From the NCBI GenBank assembly GCA_964526635.1, contig CAZGLR010000002.1, positions 3,912-67,911 on the forward strand: a DNA stretch of 64,000 nucleotides. The letters are read 5' to 3'. Under the pieces are notes generated by a model. It did not search any database, was not told the DNA's origin, and saw only the letters and a program-made list of their open reading frames with translations. This stretch comes from an uncultured Ignavibacteriales bacterium (GTDB taxonomy: Bacteria > Zixibacteria > MSB-5A5 > GN15 > JAAZOE01). This document shows positions 60,067 through 64,000 of this stretch, in pieces. Numbering within the stretch: the first letter of the stretch is position 1; every line of letters starts with the position of its first letter. Made by a program: the position numbers and the translations under genes.

Positions 60067-62559
60067 ATGTATGATCGTACTGGAAACCTACTGATTATCG
60101 CGATCATTATCGGCATGATTTTAGGCGTCGTTGCCGTGGCCCTTTTCGGGGAAGCGGTGGGGGCAGTTAAGTTTCTGGGTGATATATTCTTAAACGCCCT
60201 GAAAATGATTGTCATCCCGCTTTTGTTTGCCTCTATGGTGGTCGGAATCACCAATCTCGGTGATATCCGTAAGCTGGGGCGGACGGGTCTCAAAACCGTT
60301 CTGTATTTTCTCGCAACCAGTTCCATAGCAGTTATCATCGGCCTGACCCTGGTCAATATTTTTCAACCGGGTTCGGGTGTCACGCTGTCGAATCAGGCGG
60401 CCCCGGTCATCGGCGAGTATTCCTTTCTGGAATGGCTGACATCCCAAATACCGTCGAATATCATCCAGGCCGCCGCCGATACTCAGATTCTGCCGATTAT
60501 CATCTTTGCGTTGATTTTCGGTGGAGTCCTGACGACAATCGGCAGCAAAGGCAAACCGGTGATAGCGTTTTTTGATGGCGTCAATGAAGTCATCATGAAG
60601 ATCGTGCATATCATCATGTGGTTTGCCCCGATCGGTATTTTTGGTCTGGTTGCCGGGCAGCTGGCCGAACACGGTGGTCTTGCCGGCCTCGGTTCGATTG
60701 TCAGCGGCCTCTGGAAGTACTTCGTCGTAGTTGTACTGGGATTGGCAATTCACGCAGTTGTCGTCCTGCCACTCATTGCGCAGTTTGTCGCCGGCAAGAA
60801 TCCGATACACTACTTTATCGGTATGGCTCAGGCGGTCGCGACTGCATTTGCAACAGCCTCGTCAGCGGCAACCCTGCCGGTTACGATGGATTGCGTTGAG
60901 AACAAAAATGATGTCGACAAACGGGCGTCATCGTTCGTTCTCCCCCTTGGTGCGACGATCAATATGGACGGTACCGCGCTGTATGAAGCGGTCGCGGCCA
61001 TGTTTATCGCGCAGGCGTATGGAATCGAGTTATCGCTCTTTGCGCAAATCACTATCTTCGCCACTGCTATTCTGGCCTCAATCGGGGCCGCCGGCATTCC
61101 GCAAGCGGGACTGGTGACCATGGTCCTCGTCCTGCAGGCGGTAGGATTGCCTCTGGAGGGCATCGGCCTGATCCTGGCTATTGACTGGTTTCTGGATCGC
61201 TGCCGTACCGCCGTGAATGTCTGGGGTGATTCCATCGGTGCCGCGGTTATTGCGACCTCCGAGGAAATCGGTCTGGTTGACCGACGCCATAAGAAGCAGC
61301 GGCAGTCGCCCGAGCGAGGTGAATCATCACGATTTTCCCGTCGGGGCGACACCCGCGGACGTAAATTCCGTGATAAGGACCGCAAAGAGAAAACCAAATC
61401 GGACTGGAAAAAAGACTCACCGCGCCCGCAGCAACGTGAAGTCCCCAGCCGTGACAGTGGCGGTGGTCGTGATCCCCGCTCTAAAAAACGGTTTTCGCGC
61501 GGTACCGATCCCGGTGGCGGCTTCAAGATGACCGAGCAGAAGGAGGTCTATGCCCCTGACTCGCTCCATGCCGACACCAGTCGGAGTAAAGGTGCTCCCG
61601 ATGCAGAACGGAAAGCCGAAAACATTGGGAAGCCGAAGCCGGATCAGGAAAGAAGTGGAAGCGATCGAAGCGATCGAAGCGATCGTGGAACACGCGGTCG
61701 CGGCACCTTTGGCCGCAAACCGTACCGTTCCCGTCCTGATCAGCATGGCCGACCTGAAAATGAATCGGCCACCGGCAGGGGAGAACGCAAAACCCATGAA
61801 CGCCGCCCGACATCTGAATCCACCGAGAGTTCCGAAAACTCCGGAGAATTCTCAATACCTAAATTTCCCGAAAAAATCCTCGATGAACTGGCGTCGGCCC
61901 CGGTCGAACAGGAAGAATTCGTACCGGAAGCCGATCGGAAATCCGATCCGCTGACCGATGAAATCGAAAGCGAGCCCACTTTGTATCAAACCCCGGTCGA
62001 ATATTCTGGCCGTGAAGATGATACCGAGGAGGCCGCGCCGAAGAAATCATCGGAACAGCCCGTTTCCGAAGACGCTGGGATAAGGCCCGAGGATGCATTC
62101 AGTACCCTGGACAAGATGGTGCTTGGTGGTGATATGTCTTCACCGGCTATCGATGATCAGCAGACCAGGCCAACCGCCCAAGGCGAGTTGCCGCCCCCTG
62201 TCGATCATTCCGCCGATAGGGAAGACGATACCGAAGCGCCATCGTCGGTTGAACAGACCGATGATACGGCTGTCGATGAGTCTCCGAAAGCTGTCGATAA
62301 GCCTCGAAAACAGTTCAGGGAAACATCCGATCAGGTAGATGAATCAACAGAAACTTCACAAGATGTCGCTGAAAGATCACCTGAAACAGAGCCGGAAGAA
62401 GAAGGTGTTTCACCGGAATGGCGCGCCACGGCGTCCGATTCCACTGCTTCCTACCGCGATGAGAGTGATGCTGAAGATGAAAGCGACGACAATGACGATG
62501 ATTCTGATGATACGAAGATACGTTATGGTCGGACCAAAAAGAAGAAAATCAGTCGATAA
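60067..62559 (+). CDS. Dicarboxylate/amino acid:cation symporter (DAACS, GltP-like) fused to a disordered C-terminal extension of roughly 420 aa
   Basis: The first ~405 aa are a typical SDF/DAACS fold (ATSSIAVIIGL, LPLGATINMDGTALYEAVAAMFIAQAYG, DRCRTAVNVWGDSIGA). One uninterrupted frame then continues with an R/K/S/G-rich half and a D/E/S/T-rich half. ATG 60067 is preferred over TTG 60052. Confidence 0.8.
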   Translation: MYDRTGNLLIIAIIIGMILGVVAVALFGEAVGAVKFLGDIFLNALKMIVIPLLFASMVVGITNLGDIRKLGRTGLKTVLYFLATSSIAVIIGLTLVNIFQPGSGVTLSNQAAPVIGEYSFLEWLTSQIPSNIIQAAADTQILPIIIFALIFGGVLTTIGSKGKPVIAFFDGVNEVIMKIVHIIMWFAPIGIFGLVAGQLAEHGGLAGLGSIVSGLWKYFVVVVLGLAIHAVVVLPLIAQFVAGKNPIHYFIGMAQAVATAFATASSAATLPVTMDCVENKNDVDKRASSFVLPLGATINMDGTALYEAVAAMFIAQAYGIELSLFAQITIFATAILASIGAAGIPQAGLVTMVLVLQAVGLPLEGIGLILAIDWFLDRCRTAVNVWGDSIGAAVIATSEEIGLVDRRHKKQRQSPERGESSRFSRRGDTRGRKFRDKDRKEKTKSDWKKDSPRPQQREVPSRDSGGGRDPRSKKRFSRGTDPGGGFKMTEQKEVYAPDSLHADTSRSKGAPDAERKAENIGKPKPDQERSGSDRSDRSDRGTRGRGTFGRKPYRSRPDQHGRPENESATGRGERKTHERRPTSESTESSENSGEFSIPKFPEKILDELASAPVEQEEFVPEADRKSDPLTDEIESEPTLYQTPVEYSGREDDTEEAAPKKSSEQPVSEDAGIRPEDAFSTLDKMVLGGDMSSPAIDDQQTRPTAQGELPPPVDHSADREDDTEAPSSVEQTDDTAVDESPKAVDKPRKQFRETSDQVDESTETSQDVAERSPETEPEEEGVSPEWRATASDSTASYRDESDAEDESDDNDDDSDDTKIRYGRTKKKKISR
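61658..61684 (+). repeat. Perfect 9-bp tandem repeat (gaagcgatc)x3 inside the transporter tail
   Basis: Read directly from the sequence. It encodes SDRSDRSDR. Confidence 0.9.
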
Positions 62560-62572
62560 TGATCTCGCGAAT

Positions 62573-62608
62573 AACCGCCGGTTCATAACCTGAACCGGCG
62601 GTTTTTTT
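62573..62608 (+). terminator. Rho-independent terminator
   Basis: aaccgccggttca / taacc / tgaaccggcggtt forms a 13-bp stem followed by a T-run, 14 nt after the stop. Confidence 0.85.
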
Positions 62609-62730
62609 ACAGGTTACCGGGCGAACCGATTACAGAAACTTTTTGAATCCTTTCGGCGTTTTATTGGTACATATAGTGCTTGACAGGCAGCCGCCGGCAC
62701 TGCAACTTACTTGACTGAGGTGAAACAACG

Positions 62731-63597
62731 ATGAATACACTCAAGGTGACTTTTCTTCTGACGCTCCTGACGTTGCTCTTCGTGTATATCGGAGGCATGT
62801 TCGGCGGGCAGCAGGGGATGTTTCTGGCCTTCGCGCTTGCTCTGGTCATGAATGGAATCACCTACTGGTTTTCCGATAAAATCGTCCTGAAGATGTATCG
62901 GGCCCGCGAGGTCACTGAGCAATCCAATGGTGAATTGCTGCGGATGGTCCGCACTGTGGCGCAGCGGGCCGGTTTACCGATGCCGCGCGTCTATGTTATT
63001 CCGACGCGTGCGCCCAATGCTTTTGCCACCGGCCGTAATCCCAAACATGCCGCTGTGGCGGTAACCGAGGGTATCCAGCAGCTGTTGTCCCGCGAAGAAC
63101 TCGAGGGCGTCATCGGCCATGAAATGGCCCATGTTAAAAACCGGGATATCCTGATTGGATCGATTGTGGCGACCTTTGCCGGTGCGATCGGAATTATTGC
63201 GTCACTTGCCCGCTGGTCGGCGCTATTCGGCGGTTTTGGCGGCGGTCGGGGCGATGCCCGCGGCGGCAACCCGATTGCCCTGCTGGCCATTGCTATCGTG
63301 GCGCCATTGGCCGCCATGTTGATCCAGACGGCCATCTCGCGGACCCGTGAATACAAAGCCGATGCAACCGGCGCCCGTATCACGCACAAACCGCTGGCAC
63401 TGGCGGGAGCACTGCAAAAATTGCATCGGGCGCCGGTGCAACTGAATCTGGATGAACGGCCGGCGACAGCGCACATGTTTATCGCCAAGCCGCTCTCCGG
63501 ACGGGGGCTGACCAATCTGTTTTCGACCCATCCGCCGATGGAAGAACGGATCAAACGGCTGCAGCAGATGGCCCGATCCGGTGTCCCGGTTTCATAA
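62731..63597 (+). CDS. htpX: Zinc metalloprotease HtpX (M48 family)
   Basis: 288 aa with N-terminal TM helices, the HEMAH motif ([14 protein letters not shown]) and a downstream E ([10 protein letters not shown]). Confidence 0.9.
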   Translation: MNTLKVTFLLTLLTLLFVYIGGMFGGQQGMFLAFALALVMNGITYWFSDKIVLKMYRAREVTEQSNGELLRMVRTVAQRAGLPMPRVYVIPTRAPNAFATGRNPKHAAVAVTEGIQQLLSREELEGVIGHEMAHVKNRDILIGSIVATFAGAIGIIASLARWSALFGGFGGGRGDARGGNPIALLAIAIVAPLAAMLIQTAISRTREYKADATGARITHKPLALAGALQKLHRAPVQLNLDERPATAHMFIAKPLSGRGLTNLFSTHPPMEERIKRLQQMARSGVPVS

Positions 63598-63618
63598 GCA
63601 AGGAGATAGAAGCGGCCG

Positions 63619-64000
63619 ATGATGTTAATCATCGGTCCATCCATGGAATCGATATATCTTGAAAGCCTGGCGATTCTTGCTCTTGTTTTGGCCAACGGCT
63701 TTTTCGCAGCATCGGAATTCGCGCTGATTGCGTCGCGTAAAAGCCGCCTTAAAAACTGGGCCCGCCAGGGCAACAAAGCTGCCGAACGCACCTTTTCGCT
63801 GCTCAAACAATCAGACCGTTTCCTGGCCGCGGTGCAGGTCGGGATCACCTTCGTCGCCACTATGGCCGGCGTCTTCGGCGGGGCGACTATCGTCCAGTCA
63901 ATTACCCCGCTGGTGCAGGATATACAGGTACCGTTTATTCAGGCGTCCGCAGAAACGATTTCGATCTTCGCTGTGGTCATCGGAATAACCTTTCTCTCGG
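63619..64000 (+). CDS. CNNM/DUF21-domain (TlyC/CorC-type) membrane protein, 5' part only (runs off the window)
   Basis: Own translation from ATG 63619: MMLIIGPSMESIYLESLAILALVLANGFFAASEFALIASRKSRLKNWARQGNKAAE...LAAVQVGITFVATMAG, which is the DUF21 signature. No stop occurs before 64000, so the ORF is absent from the ORF track. Confidence 0.8.
   Translation, partial: MMLIIGPSMESIYLESLAILALVLANGFFAASEFALIASRKSRLKNWARQGNKAAERTFSLLKQSDRFLAAVQVGITFVATMAGVFGGATIVQSITPLVQDIQVPFIQASAETISIFAVVIGITFLS

Noticed and set aside
1-64000. Scan for tRNA, rRNA, tmRNA, RNase P, CRISPR arrays, IS elements, integrases, toxin-antitoxin pairs and phage genes.
   Set aside because: There are no T-loop/anticodon-arm patterns, no regularly spaced direct repeats, no transposase/integrase-like ORFs and no terminal inverted repeats. 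The only repeats are the short tandem ones reported above.

Overview
This is a 64-kb, almost gap-free coding stretch of chromosome from a diderm bacterium. I saw no rRNA, tRNA, CRISPR, IS or prophage signatures. All calls come from reading the supplied translations, motifs and DNA by eye; no database search was run.

Gene order:
1. An 11-gene nuoABCDHIJKLMN operon with no nuoEFG. NuoI carries a long K/P/A/E-rich tail.
2. A DUF502 membrane protein followed by an EIIA(Ntr)-CBS fusion.
3. A minus-strand metal-uptake island: a His/Asp/Glu-rich outer-membrane barrel, a TroA/ZnuA-like binding protein and a ZnuB-like permease, with no ATPase. A small Cys/His membrane ORF sits upstream.
4. A lipoprotein with Ig-like repeats and two CxxCH motifs, then a large polytopic membrane protein.
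5. A ~14-kb Wzy-type polysaccharide locus behind a consensus sigma-70 promoter. It encodes Wza-like and Wzz-like proteins, an acyltransferase, two DegT aminotransferases, a MurJ-like flippase, a Wzy/ligase-like protein, two GT4 enzymes, a methyltransferase, a small phosphoglycosyl transferase and a TM-CBS-SDR fusion.
6. serS, an adjacent PorY/PorX-like kinase and REC-PglZ regulator, tsaE-tsaB-rimI, accD and folC.
7. A regulatory block: GAF kinase, REC-GAF hybrid kinase, NtrC-type sigma-54 activator, degenerate stand-alone GGDEF, ECF sigma with a Cys-rich anti-sigma, and a PEP-CTERM protein behind a near-consensus -24/-12 promoter.
8. A cassette of MMPL/RND exporter, LolA-like protein, outer-membrane barrel and DUF2892 protein.
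9. On the minus strand, a PIG-V-like GT-C enzyme coupled to a CDP-alcohol phosphatidyltransferase, and a pilV/pilW/pilX-like minor-pilin operon.
10. A decayed patch containing a K+ channel remnant.
11. A glutamate/dicarboxylate-type symporter fused to a disordered, charge-segregated tail of roughly 420 aa, then htpX and the 5' part of a CNNM/DUF21 gene.

The most interesting candidates are the sigma-54 / PEP-CTERM / EPS regulatory arrangement with unusual kinases, the MMPL/LolA-like/barrel cassette, the ATPase-less metal island with a His-rich barrel, the TM-CBS-SDR fusion, the transporter with the disordered tail, and the PIG-V-like plus phosphatidyltransferase pair.
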